Positions 1-13,304 of a stretch of DNA of 64,000 bases are shown in pieces. The notes beneath the pieces are model-generated. The model worked only from the letters and a program-made list of their open reading frames with translations, had not been told where the DNA came from and did no database searches. This DNA is from Octopus vulgaris (lineage: Eukaryota). The stretch lies in the NCBI GenBank assembly GCA_951406725.2, contig OX597829.1, positions 22,878,001-22,942,000 of the forward strand, given 5' to 3'. A program made the translations under genes and the position numbers. Numbering within the stretch: position 1 is the stretch's first letter; each line of letters starts with the position of its first letter.

Positions 1-54
1 CGGCTGAGTATGTATGTGTGTATGTAGATACGTATGTATATGACCTTGTATACA

Positions 55-86
<32 letters not shown>

Positions 87-130
87 AATGTGTGTATATA
101 TATACATGTGTGTATATATATACATGTGTG

Positions 131-190
<60 letters not shown>

Positions 191-294
191 TAGAGAGAGA
201 GATATACATACATATATATTCATATTTATGTATACATATATACTATATACATATAGTACATATATATGTATATATGTATGTATGTATGTATCTA

Positions 295-374
<80 letters not shown>

Positions 375-375
375 C

Positions 376-407
<32 letters not shown>

Positions 408-720
408 GTATGCATGTATGTATGTATATATGCGTGTATGTAATGGAGAGTGAAATTTTATGTGCACAGCGTATACGTGCACGTGATGACAGCATTAGGA
501 ACAAAAAAGTTCAAAATCAACAACTATGGTTTTTTCATAACAGAATTGTGTGTGTATGCATACGTGCATAAGTGCACGTGTACGTGTGAGTATGTATGTG
601 TTGTGTGGGCATGTATGCGTGTGAATGCATGTGCTTGAATGCGCGCATGTGCTTACGCGTGTATATGCGTGTGTGTGTGTGTGTTAGCGTATGCATGTGT
701 GTGTGTGTGTGTGTGTGTGG
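1..720. repeat. Compound (TA)n/(GA)n/(TGTA)n/(TG)n microsatellite field
   Basis: Simple repeats seen directly; overlapping YI/CV/ER ORFs are artefacts. Confidence 0.95.
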
Positions 721-1476
721 TTGACTATTGATAAATAAAGGTACGTAGGAACAAAAAACCGAGAAGGTCACCTGACTCTCCCTCTGTCTTTCCTACATTT
801 CATCTCTTTCTTCTCTCTCTCTCTCACTCTCTCTCACTCTCTCTCACTCTCTCTCTCTCTCTCCCTCTCTTTCCCACCCCCTATATTCTCCTTTCCCATT
901 TTCATCTCTCTTCCTCCCTCCTCTCTCTCTCTCTCTCTCTCTCCCTGTTGTAACATCACACAGTTTGACCCCAAAAATAACTAACACCTGTTACTATTCT
1001 TTCGTTTCTCAAATATAAAGAAAAATTCCGACTTTATAGATATGTACACACGCACGCACGCACGCACGCATGCACGCACATTCATACATATATACACACA
1101 CATACATACATAGATACTTACACTCATAGACACATTCATAAATACATATACTCATACTTGTGTGATACATACACACACATACATACATACATACATACAA
1201 ACAAAACATATATACATGCATACATGTACATATTTATACTCTGCATATGTATACGAACATGACTGTGCATGTGTGTATATGTGTGAGTGTATGCGTGTAT
1301 GTCTGTGTGAGTGTGTGTGTGTGTGTGTGCACACACATGCATACATACCTTATACAATGAGTAAACATTTCTACATACACACACAACTGTGCATATATAT
1401 GTATGCGCATATATATATATACATATATAAAACATTATATCCATTTATCTTTCTATCGATATATTCATATACATGT

Positions 1477-1519
<43 letters not shown>

Positions 1520-1752
1520 TATAATCATACGCGCACACGCATCTCTATAATTTCGTTGATAAACGCTTGCTTTTCTCCACATGGTATATTAACATAAACA
1601 AAGTATTTTCAACTAATGAATATTCATGTTAATTATCGCCCAGTGAAGACTGGAGCAGGAGCCGTTACGGTGAACAGAACAAAAAGAAAGAGCAGTCTTT
1701 TGACACATTATCTAGAAGCAAGATGTGAGATCTTGGCTTGCAGCAAACCTTG

Positions 1753-2150
<398 letters not shown>

Positions 2151-2153
2151 ATG

Positions 2154-2553
2154 GGCGCAGTAGTGGCTATGTGATAAGTAGCTTGCTCACCAACCACATA
2201 GTTCCGGGTTCAGTCCTATTGCGAGGCACCTTGGGTAAGTGTCTTCTACTATAGTCTTGGGCCGACCAAAGCCTTGTGAGTGGATTTAGTAGACGGAAAC
2301 TGAAAGAAGCCCGTCGTATAAATATATATATATATGTGTGTGTATGTATGTATGTGTGTGTATACGTGTGTGTGTATATGTATTTGTTCTCCTCACCATC
2401 GATCCTGGTGTGTTTACGTCGCCGTAACTTAGTGGTTCGACAAAAGAGAAAAAAATACTAGGCTTACAAAGAATAAGTCCTGGGGTCAATTTGTTCGACT
2501 AAAGGCTCCAGCATGGCCGCAGTCAAATGACTGAAGCAAGGAAAAGAATAAAA

Positions 2554-2557
<4 letters not shown>
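2154..2557 (+). mobile_element. tRNA-derived SINE family A
   Basis: A box TGGCTATGTGA, B box GGTTCAGTCC, CORE-like CCTTGGGTAAGTG, internal microsatellite, AAAAGAAT tail; many copies in window. Confidence 0.85.
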
Positions 2558-2611
<54 letters not shown>

Positions 2612-2647
2612 GTGTATATATGCGTATATCTGTATATATGTGTATAC

Positions 2648-2704
<57 letters not shown>

Positions 2705-2705
<1 letters not shown>

Positions 2706-2851
2706 TCTTTTATTCTTTTGTTTCGGTCATTTGACTGCGGCCATGCTGTGGCACCGCCTTTAGTCGGGCAAATCGACCCCAGTACTTATTCTAGCGGTTC
2801 TCCTTTGTCAAGTGATACGGTTGTCAAACGATATTGGATATACAAACACAG

Positions 2852-2927
<76 letters not shown>

Positions 2928-3082
2928 GACGGGCTTCTTTCAGTTTCCATCCACTCACAAGGTTTTGGTCAAGGCCTGAGTATATAGTAGAAGACACTTA
3001 CCCAAGGTGCCACGCAGTAGGACTGAACCCGGAACCATGTGGTTGCTAAGCAAGCTACTTACCACACAGCCACTCTTGCGCC
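2705..3082 (-). mobile_element. SINE family A (internally deleted)
   Basis: Reverse complement of family A head and tail. Confidence 0.85.
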
Positions 3083-3130
3083 TATATATGCCTCTGTGTG
3101 TACGCGTGTGTGTGTGTATGTGTATGTATG

Positions 3131-3164
<34 letters not shown>

Positions 3165-3552
3165 TATATTGGCATCGAAGCGAGTGTGTGTGTGTGTGTG
3201 TATGTATGCATGTGTGTGTGTGTGTTTGTATATTGGCATCGAAGCGAGTGTATATTGCTTGTAGGTTTAGCAAAAGGAAAAGATAACAGTGACGGGGTGA
3301 GATTAATAAAAAAAAAATGCAAAGAAAGTAAAAATAAAAGTAAAATAAAATAAAATAAAGATGGAAAGAAACAAGAGCGACAAGGAGTGACGATTCCATC
3401 AGCATGTCTTGGAGAATTAAGAAGAGATGAAGAGATCAAACTGAAGAAAAGTGCCGGGTGGGTGGGAGTGGTAAGATAACGTATATACACCTTCACCGTA
3501 TATTATTATTATTGTGAAATATGATGGCTTCGTTGGTTGCCGTTGTTGTTGG

Positions 3553-3579
3553 TGATGATGATGATGATGATGATTGTGG

Positions 3580-3642
<63 letters not shown>

Positions 3643-3662
3643 CGACAACGATGATGATGATA

Positions 3663-3696
<34 letters not shown>

Positions 3697-3703
3697 CGAC
3701 GAC

Positions 3704-3756
<53 letters not shown>

Positions 3757-3800
3757 CGACGACGACGATGATGATGATGATGATGATGATAATGATGAAG
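3553..3800. repeat. (GAT)n trinucleotide microsatellite
   Basis: Seen directly; poly-D/M/H ORFs are artefacts. Confidence 0.95.
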
Positions 3801-4033
3801 ACGGTAATGATGGCAGATATTTATCGTCAATCCATGCCTAGAGTTTGTCAAACAACAGCTGATTTGTAGGTGAGTTTGGGGAGAGACTTAAGAGACATCA
3901 GATGAACTTAGAAAGGTGAGAGAGAGGGAGAGAGAGAGATAGGGGAGAGGGAGGGAGGGAGAGAGGGAGAGAGAGAGAATTCAGTTAAAGGCAAAGAAGT
4001 AAAAATATGTTTGATGAAAGGAATCTAGGTAAG

Positions 4034-4265
4034 AGGTCGAGCTGGCAGAAACGCTAGCACGCCGGGCGAAATGCTTAGCGGTATTTCGTCTGCCGTTACG
4101 TTCTGAGTTCAAATTCCGCCGAGGTCGACTTTGCCTTTCATCCTTTCGGGGTCGATAAATTAAGTACCAGTTAAGCACTGGGGTCGATATAATCGACTTA
4201 ATACCTATGTCTGTCCATGTTTGTCTCCTCTATGTTCAGCCCCTTGTAGGTAATAAAGAAATAGG
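4034..4265 (+). mobile_element. tRNA-derived SINE family B
   Basis: GAGCTGGCAGAA head, B box GAGTTCAAATTCC, central GCCTTTCATCCTTTCGGGGTCGATAAATTAAGTACC domain, tail CCCCTTGTAGGTAATAAAGAAATA. Confidence 0.85.
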
Positions 4266-4486
4266 TATACACACACGCCCGCGAGGGCAATGTATGTGCG
4301 TGTGTGGAATGGCGAGCGGATTCTACATACTCGCAGACAACACGATTTTTTTTTGATTTTTTTGTTTGGTTTGTTTGTAAGTGTGAAGTTGAAGTTGGAA
4401 TATGAGTTGTAAACTCGGACTGAACAGTTTAACTGAGACGGATTAACTAGAGATTAGACGGAGAGGATGAGTGATGATATATACCT

Positions 4487-4716
4487 GTTTCTTTATTACC
4501 CACAAGGGGCTGAACATAGAGGGGACAAACATGGACAGACATAGGTATTAAGTCGATTATATCGACCCCAGTGCGTAACTGGTACTTAATTTATCGACCC
4601 CGAAAGGATGAAAGGCAAAGTGGACCTCGGCGTAATTTGAACTCAGAACGTAACGGCAGACGAAATACCGCTAAGCATTTCACCCGACGTGCTAACGATT
4701 CTGCCAGCTCGCCACC
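4487..4716 (-). mobile_element. SINE family B
   Basis: Full-length reverse-complement copy. Confidence 0.85.
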
Positions 4717-4914
4717 TTGTGATGATATATACCGTGGAGGAAGAAACAGCAGGATATTTATTGACTTGTTTTTAGTAGAGCAGAAGGAAACTCCGATGCT
4801 GGATAGAACCAAATTCTCGGATATTGTTCTCTTCCACCTCACACAGATATGCATTCACAATGACACACATATAACATTCTCATCTCATACAGAGACACAC
4901 AAATACACACAAAC

Positions 4915-4973
<59 letters not shown>

Positions 4974-5035
4974 GAAATGAAGAAAATGCTGACAAAATAA
5001 TTTAAGTAATTTAAGTAATTTAATTAGGTGAAAGT

Positions 5036-5075
5036 TCTTTTTACCGGTTGCGCATTTGTTATGCTTATCAAAAGA
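5036..5075 (-). ncRNA. Hammerhead-like motif with variant core (UUGAUAA...GCAA)
   Basis: UCUU UUGAUAA GCAU-aacaa-AUGC GCAA CCGG UA AAAAGA; identical copy at 12027-12066. Confidence 0.4.
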
Positions 5076-5177
5076 TGTTTTTTTTAAGAGTGATAGAGTT
5101 AGCTTCTGATAGATTTTTTCCTCTTTTCTTCATTTCCTTTTTTATATATCACAACTCGTGTTCCACATCTCCTTTTT

Positions 5178-5254
<77 letters not shown>

Positions 5255-5492
5255 TAGAGGCTAAAATACCCTCATTAAGGGATATCCAATAAATTACTGG
5301 TTCATTGCCTATTATTTTCATTATTATTATTTGTTTGTTTTTTTGTGAATAGTAATATTCCTAAAATTATATTTAAATATAAATCTTGGTTTGTAAATAT
5401 TCCAATTTACATTCAGAAATTGGGGAGGTAACATTAATATAATTTATTAACTGCAAAAATTCAACACACACAAATAAATATATGCATGTATG

Positions 5493-5532
<40 letters not shown>

Positions 5533-5562
5533 TGGTACGTACACCGCTATATATATATATAT

Positions 5563-5758
5563 GTATAAAAAATACAAACTTGGACAAGAACGCAAAACAT
5601 TTTGATGACGACACAAAAGACACGGACGGGACATTCGAAGCCTTCAATCTTCAGTCAAGAACAGGATCATCCTCGCAATTTCGGCTGATTAATATTGAGA
5701 TTTTTTTTATGTCGTCATCAAAATGTTTTGCGTTCTTGTCTCAGTTTGTATTTTTATA
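5563..5758. repeat. Small fold-back element with ~60-bp inverted arms
   Basis: AAAAATACAAACTTGGACAAGAACGCAAAACATTTTGATGACGAC inverted at ~5710-5758. Confidence 0.8.
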
Positions 5759-5766
5759 CATATATA

Positions 5767-6185
5767 GGCGCAGGAGTGGCTCTGTGGTAAGTAGCTTGCT
5801 AACCAACCACATGGTTCCGAGTTCAGTCCCACTGCGTGGCATCTTGGGCAAGTGTCTTCTGCTATAGCCTCGGGCCGACCAAGCCTTGTGAGTGGATTTG
5901 GTAGACGGAAACTGAAAGAAGCCTGTCGTATGTATGTATATATATATATATTGCATTTGTGTGTTTGTTTGTGTGTCTGTGTTTGTCCCCCTAGCATTGC
6001 TTGATAACCGATGCTGGTGTGTTTACGTCCCCGTCACTTAACGGTTCGGCAAAAGAGACCGATAGAATAAGTACTGAACTTACAAAGAATAAGTCCCGGG
6101 GTCGATTTGCTCGACTAAAGGCGGTGCTCCAGCATGGCCGCAGTCAAATGACTGAAACAAGTAAATGAGTAAAAGAGTAAAGAGT
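5767..6185 (+). mobile_element. SINE family A, full length
   Basis: Complete head to (AAAAGAGT)n tail. Confidence 0.9.
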
Positions 6186-6417
6186 ATATATGTGTAGAAA
6201 ACATAAATCCGGAGAAGAAACACACTCCAAGAAGTGGAGCAGTCTATGTTTTTTTTTACTGGGGAAGGCAGGTTAATGGGCTTACCCCAGGTTTTCCGTC
6301 CTAAGATCACTATAAAATGTTTTAAAGAGGTCTTAGTCGAACAGGTTTTCGGGGTCTGACGATATGCCATTAAGTTGAACCCTTTATGGAAGGAAGCCCT
6401 GGGTAAAAAACAATATA

Positions 6418-6448
<31 letters not shown>

Positions 6449-6595
6449 ATGATTGAACACCACGCATCCATTTCCAAGTAAGTTTATCTTAATAATTTTT
6501 ATGCTACTCTACCCTGTACTCTTCTCCCTCTCCCCCTTTCGTTTTTCCTCTCTTCCTTTCTCTAATTCATTTTTTCTCACCTTCAACGTTTTCTA

Positions 6596-6629
<34 letters not shown>

Positions 6630-7159
6630 GCTCTTCCTCCTTTACTCTCTCTCGTTGGCCACATGTGACCATCATCCATCTTTCTTTTCCCCAAGTGATC
6701 ATCTTCCTTTTCCTTCAGTCAGTTGTGCTGTCCAGACGCATTCTTATCTGTTTCCTTTCCTATCTTTTCTCTTATCAAAGAAAATTCCTCCAGCGTTCGC
6801 TACCTAACTTCGTCGGGCCTAATAGCCCTCCTTGTTTGTTTTCGTTTGTTTTGTTGTATGTTTCCACTGTCCTATTTTTTTTTTTTACCAACTTTGACCC
6901 TCCGCAAATCCCAAATTTTATTTTGGTTCGCTGGACCAACTGTAATTCGAAGATTCATATTGTTGTTTAGTGCTCGAAATGAGGAGTAGATAGACAGCCG
7001 GCAACTGATGAAAGGTCGTTCTTTGTGTTACTTGTCATATCTTCCATTTTTCTCTCTTGTTGTTTGCGTATCTTTCGTTTTCGTATTTCATGTTGTTTAC
7101 TGCTGGTGACGTACTGTATCCATATATAACGGGGGTTAACAGTCGCCCTGAACATGGTT

Positions 7160-7800
7160 GGTCTTCAAGTGACAAGTGACCATTTCTAAAGTCGGAACAC
7201 TACTCGTAAACACACCCACCCCCTCCACCCCAGCCGAGCACTCCAACCCCACACCCTAACCCACCCCTACTCCCACATCCCCTCACCACCATACTACCAC
7301 ACCACATCACCCCACCCCACCCACTCCGCACATACCAGCACTGACCTCTTCCCAGCACCCACACCGTTATCTACGCACCCACACACCATCATCCACACAC
7401 CCGCACGTTACAGACGCATACACTTACACACGCACACATCCACACACGTCAAAGTCACTAGACCCTATCGACACACACACACACACACACGTACACATTC
7501 TCACATCACACACGCACGTTCATCTTCGTTTTAGGATCACCAATACCCTATTATCTTCATTTCATTCCACTTCTGTCAAACACTTTTTTTTCTCAACCAG
7601 CCGCCATGCTTGTCCGCTAAATCCACAAGTTTTTTTTTTTTTATTCTCTTTCTGAATATTTTTTTCGTATTGCTTTCTGTTGAAGAACGTAGGCTCGAAA
7701 CGTAAAAGACTTACTTCCCCGAGCGTCAATCTAATACATCTGCTTGTTGTTCAGACACCTGTCTTCGTCTTTTGCTTTGCTATAAATTTCAACTTTACAC
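7160..7800 (+). mobile_element. Penelope-LTR-like repeat (family E) with C/A-rich tract and minimal hammerhead-like motif at 7673-7708
   Basis: Shares GGCTCGAAACGTAAAAGAC...CTAATACA...CACCTGTCTTCGTCTTTTG block with copies at 30.9, 39.1 and 42.8 kb. Confidence 0.6.
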
Positions 7801-8032
7801 ACACACACACACTCACTCAAATATATATATAGATGTTGTGTAAGTAAAATTGCATATTACATTAATAGCGAAACAATTGTCCAGAGTTAATCTATATTTT
7901 TGTTATTTTTCACTTGCCCTGCTCGTTTACGTTAAATGTTGTGTTAATTCTCCTTGGAAACAATTTTTAGTGGCTAATACCATAGCGGATCTATTTTTAG
8001 CGCTAGAGTCGACCATATAGTGGTCACTCTCT

Positions 8033-8164
<132 letters not shown>

Positions 8165-8171
8165 TGTGTGT

Positions 8172-8485
8172 GGAGGCACAATGGCCCAGTAGTTAGGGCA
8201 GCGGACTCACGGTTGTAGGCTCGCGGTTTCGATTCCCAGATCGGGCGTTGTGAGTGTTTATTGAGCGAAAACACCTAAAGCTCCACGATGCTTCGGCAGG
8301 AGGGGGGGGGGGGCAATCCCTGCTGTACTCTTTCGCCACAACTTTCTCTCACTCTTTCTTCTGTTGGCCTGCTCGCTTAGCCACGGGGTGGCGTCATTTA
8401 AAGGCTAAAACAATGCGAAGCGCATTGTGACCAGCGATGTGTAGCAACATCTGATAGCCTGGTCGGTCACGGTGATCACGGTGAT
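8172..8485 (+). mobile_element. tRNA-derived SINE family C, tail type 1
   Basis: TGGCCCAGTAGTTAGG A box, GGTTTCGATTCC B box, ~190-bp head shared with three other copies. Confidence 0.85.
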
Positions 8486-8506
8486 ATATATATATACACA
8501 CGAAGG

Positions 8507-8550
<44 letters not shown>

Positions 8551-9363
8551 TGTAATAAATAAAATATATGCACACATACAAACATATATGTACGTACCAA
8601 CATCTACATGTATATATACATGCATATATAAATATATATACGTACAGGACACCACAAGAAGACGTAAAAATCCACAGAAACGAAAACGGAAAAGCCATTT
8701 TGTTACAACAGGAGGACAGAGACGTGGAACAAGACGAAACGAAAACGGGAAAAACAATTATGTACAGCAGAAAAACGAAGTACAGGACATGCTGCACAAG
8801 GAAAAATCCCCTTCATCAGCTGTTGCTAGCAGACATAGCGTGTTTCGAAGGCAGGACAGGACACGTCTGGTCATGCTAAGCCTTCCTACGAGAGAATTAA
8901 AATAAAATAACTTCGTAGAGGGGTAAAACGAGCAAGAAAAAAATGTAACACAAAGAACTGCACAAAAAAAATACAAGAAAAATAATACAAAATTAAAGAT
9001 ACATGTACAAGAAAATACAAAACGAGAATTAAATTACAATACGAGAAATCAAAATAAACAAGAGAACAAACGAAAAAGACGAACGAAGGCCTTTGTTCTG
9101 GCGGGGACGAGAAGGTAACTGGCGAGCGCTGGGAAACATGACCTTACGGCCTGAAGGCAACAGGCGAAAGAATTAGCAGTGACGAAAGTGGGGAGGAGTG
9201 GGAGAGAGAGAGAGAGACAGATAGAGGAAGACACGTAGCTAGAGAGAAGGGTGAGGCAGAGAGAGAAAGAGAGAGGGGAAGGCAAAGCAAGGGGAGAGAA
9301 TTTCGCATCATTGTAGTAAACTGTAAAACAAACTGGGATGAAAGAGACACACACACACACACG

Positions 9364-10177
9364 CAGAGGGCGGTGAATAAACTGTCGTCTAGATTACGCA
9401 AAAATGAAAATAACACTGATATCTCATTTTAACAGATATATTTACCAAAATTACACAAAAATATCTCGACATACTAAAGAGTAAATTTATTCAATAAAAT
9501 CGCCATTGGCTTCAACCACAGCTTCAAGACGACTTCGGATTCTCCTGCAACTCTTCTGGATGGTTTCCTTGTTTAAGTTGCTGCCATAATTATTGTCTTC
9601 AGTTCATCTTTGGCGTTACAAGGAGTTTTGTTAGTCTCTTGCTCAAGTGCGCTTCACACATAATAATCATAGGGCTGATGTGGTCGCAGAAATTGTCTGA
9701 TAGCCATGACTGGGTTCTCCTGCTTGTTTGGCATGGTGCAGAGTCCTATTGCCAAACATACGGTATTACAGCAGTCACCCACTTCACCCAGGGCAGCACT
9801 ACCTCGTCCAGGCAATTGATGTAGGTCTCCGTATTGAGTTTGAGGCCGTGTAGGAATATGAATGGAGGCATAATGTCGCCATCACTACTGATCAATCCAA
9901 ACACCATGATGTTGACTGGATGTTTGATTTTTATCACTTTTGTTACATGTCCTCTGATTGACATCCAAACTTTCTGAAATGGAGCATTTGGGGCAAATGC
10001 GAAGCAGTACAGCATGTCGTTTCCAAATTTCTGGCGTTGCGTCATGGTGCTGTTTTTCTCACAGACGGTGCCTAACTGACCCTACTATATTGTGTAGTCG
10101 ATAAAAATCAAAAACAAACAATGCGCACGCGCGAAATTAAAAATATAAAATGGCAACAATTTATCCATCGCATTCTG
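9364..10177 (-). mobile_element. Internally deleted Tc1/mariner-superfamily DNA transposon (maT/DD37D-like)
   Basis: Imperfect 26-bp TIRs 9364-9389 and 10152-10177 with TA on the right; remnant KHPVNIMVFGLISSDGDIMPPFIF...YVWQ*DSAP. Confidence 0.8.
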
Positions 10178-10181
10178 TATG

Positions 10182-10232
<51 letters not shown>

Positions 10233-10468
10233 GCTGACACACAAAGTATATATAGAGGGGAAACTTATTGAATATATATGTGTGTATATATATATATATA
10301 TACACATGTATATATCCAATATCCATGTGTGCCATATGTATGTTTCTGTCACTATACAAGAGCTAACAAATACCAGCAAAACACACACACACGCGCGCGC
10401 ATGCACGCACGCACACACACACACACACACATACGGAGACACGGAGACACACACACACAAAATGGTGG

Positions 10469-10550
<82 letters not shown>

Positions 10551-10867
10551 TACTGTTTCTACAAACGAAACCTGAACTCAAAATGCAAATACCCCTTCCA
10601 GCAAGCTCCGCTTGACCCTGTTTTGCATATTATAATTTGATTAAATAATTATTATCGCGCTAAGCGGCCTGCTTTAGATAATGTACATGTACGATAGGGT
10701 TCTACTTTAAGTAGTACAAGTTGTTTTCGGTCGTCGTTGCAGTCTGTAATCAAATACCATATATCGTTCATTTTAACATAATTAGATTGGAACAACCAAA
10801 GCATCCAAAGGGTGCGTGCGATTGGAGCGAGTGTTTGTTGTGTGTGTGTGTGTGTGTGCATTAGTCT

Positions 10868-11187
10868 TTTCTTTTACTTACTTCAGTTATGAGACTACGG
10901 CCATGCTGGGGCGTCACCTTGTCAAAATTTTAGTCGAATAAATCGACCCCAGTGCTTATTTTTTCTGGGTTTTTTTTTTTTTTTTTTCTTTCTATCGGTC
11001 TCTTTTAATGGACCGCTCCGTCACGGGGACGGCAACACACGAGTAGCAGTTGTTAAGCTGAGGTGGTGGGGGACAAACACGCACACAAAGACACACACAT
11101 ATACACACACATAGATACATACATAGATACATACATACATACATGCATACATACATACATACATACATACATACATACATACATACA

Positions 11188-11277
<90 letters not shown>

Positions 11278-11580
11278 GTTAATCCAAACATGAAAACACA
11301 AAAAGAAAACACAACAACGCGAGGACGTGGAACAAGTATAGTATTATTGGATGCTCAGGAAAGAAAGATATATATATATATGTGTGTGTGTGTGCGCGCG
11401 CGCACACACACACACACACAAACGGGACGGGTTTCTTTCAGTTTCCGTCTACCAAATCCATTCACAAGTCTTTCGTCGGCCCAAGACTACAGTATAAAAC
11501 ACTTGTCCAAGGTGCGTTGCAGTGGGACTGAACATGGAACCATGTGCTTGGGAAGCAAGCTTCATACTACACAGCCACTT
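10868..11580 (-). mobile_element. SINE family A, diverged, with expanded (TACA)n and inserted fragment
   Basis: Tail 10868-11080 and head 11425-11580 match family A. Confidence 0.75.
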
Positions 11581-11594
11581 TCTCATATTCTTTT

Positions 11595-11750
11595 TTTTTT
11601 TCTTTTACCTGTTTCAGTCATTTGACTGTAGCCATGCTGGAGCACTGCCTCGAAGGGTTATAGTCGAACAAATCGATCCCCAGGACTTTTACTTTTTGTT
11701 TAAAGCGTAGTACTTATTCTACCGGTTCCTTTTGCCGAACCGTTAAGTTA
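11595..11750 (-). mobile_element. SINE family A 3' fragment
   Basis: GTTTCAGTCATTTGACTG...TTTGCCGAACCG. Confidence 0.75.
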
Positions 11751-11938
11751 CTTGCTTTCACATACATATATACATTCATATACGTACAAATTTTTTTTTT
11801 TTTTTTTGGAAGTGGCAGAATGATAGACCCGCCCCACCAAATGATAATGATCAAAGTGTACTTGAAAGGCCATGGCTTTGAAACGCACCAACACTGGTTG
11901 CAAAGCGGTGATGTGGAGATAAATACAGGCACACATAG

Positions 11939-11978
<40 letters not shown>

Positions 11979-12026
11979 GAAATGAAGAAAATGCTGACAA
12001 AATAATTCAAGTAATTAGGTGAAAGT

Positions 12027-12066
12027 TCTTTTTACCGGTTGCGCATTTGTTATGCTTATCAAAAGA
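12027..12066 (-). ncRNA. Hammerhead-like motif with variant core, second copy
   Basis: Identical to 5036-5075, inside a repeat spanning ~11978-12113. Confidence 0.4.
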
Positions 12067-12110
12067 TATTTTCAGTGAGATAGAGTTCTTTTCTAATTGA
12101 TTTTTTTTCT

Positions 12111-12171
<61 letters not shown>

Positions 12172-12173
<2 letters not shown>

Positions 12174-12585
12174 CGCAGGAGTGGCTGTATGGTAAGTAGC
12201 TTGTTTACCAACCACATGGTTCCGGGTTCAGTCCCACTGCGTGGCACCTTGGGCAAGTGCCTTCTACTATAGCCTCGGGCCGACCAAAGCCTTGTGAGTG
12301 GATTTGGTAGACGGAAACTGAAAAGAAGCCCGTCGTATATATGTATATGTATATATGTATGTGCGTGTATGTTTGTGTGTCTGTGTCTGTACCCCTAGCA
12401 TTGCTTGACAACCGATGCTGGTGTGTTTATGTCCCCGTTACTTAGCGGTTCGGCAAAAGAGACCGATAGAATAAGTACTGGGCTTACAAAAAGAATAAGT
12501 CCCGGGGTCGAGTTGCTCGACTAAAGGCGGTGCTCCAGCATGGCCACAGTCAAATGACTGAAACAAGTAAAAGAGTAAAAGAGAA
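12172..12585 (+). mobile_element. SINE family A, full length
   Basis: Complete copy; followed by inverted 5' fragment 12607-12725. Confidence 0.9.
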
Positions 12586-12759
12586 TATATATATATATAT
12601 ATATACAAAAGGCTTCTTTCAGTTTCCGTCTACAAACCCAGTCACAAGGTTTCCCTCGGTCCAAAGCAGTGGGATTGAACCTGGAACCATGTGGCTGGGA
12701 AGCAAGCTTCGTACCACACAGCCACGTCTGGAGTCTAAAAGCTGTTGCATATGACGTGC

Positions 12760-12795
<36 letters not shown>

Positions 12796-13071
12796 GAACC
12801 GGAAGTGCGATCGTTTCAAATCTATGGCCTTTCAAGTACACTTGATAATGATCCAATGGGGCAGGGCTATCATTCTGTCACTTACAAAAAAAAACGTGTA
12901 CGTATATGTATATATGTAAGTGAACGCAAGTATATATGTATATATAAGTGTACGCAGTATATATGTACGCATAAATGCATGTATGTATGTATGTATGTAT
13001 GTATGTATGTATGTATGTATGTATGTATGTATGTGTGTGTATGTATGTGTGTGCGTGTGTGTGTGTGTGTC

Positions 13072-13113
<42 letters not shown>

Positions 13114-13304
13114 TGTGTTGTGTATGTGTGTGTGTGTCTGTGTGTGTGTATGTATGTATGTATGTATGTATGTGTGTGTATGTATGTGTGTGCGTGTGTG
13201 TGTGTCTGTGTGTGTATGTGTGTGTATGTGTGTGCGTGTGTGTGTGTGTATGTGTGTGTCTGTGTGTGTGTGTGTGTGTGTGTGTCTGTGTGTGTGAGGG
13301 GGGG

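Noticed and set aside
3121-3252. Short tandem duplication containing GGCATCGAAGCGAG
   Set aside because: Local slippage duplication within (TG)n; only two units
3521-3841. Poly-Asp acidic protein-like ORF
   Set aside because: Pure (GAT)n microsatellite, open in several frames
4571-5005. Recurrent ORF WYLIYRPRKDERQSRPRRNLNSE as a gene family
   Set aside because: Antisense translation of SINE B; the recurring GCLLL/LPNPLTR-type peptides likewise come from SINE A
7851-7886. Half hammerhead (TAATAGC GAAA CAATTG TC)
   Set aside because: Palindromic helix III and GUC are present, but the CUGANGA strand is missing
8172-8245. tRNA gene
   Set aside because: A and B boxes are present, but it is the head of a multi-copy SINE and lacks a proper acceptor stem
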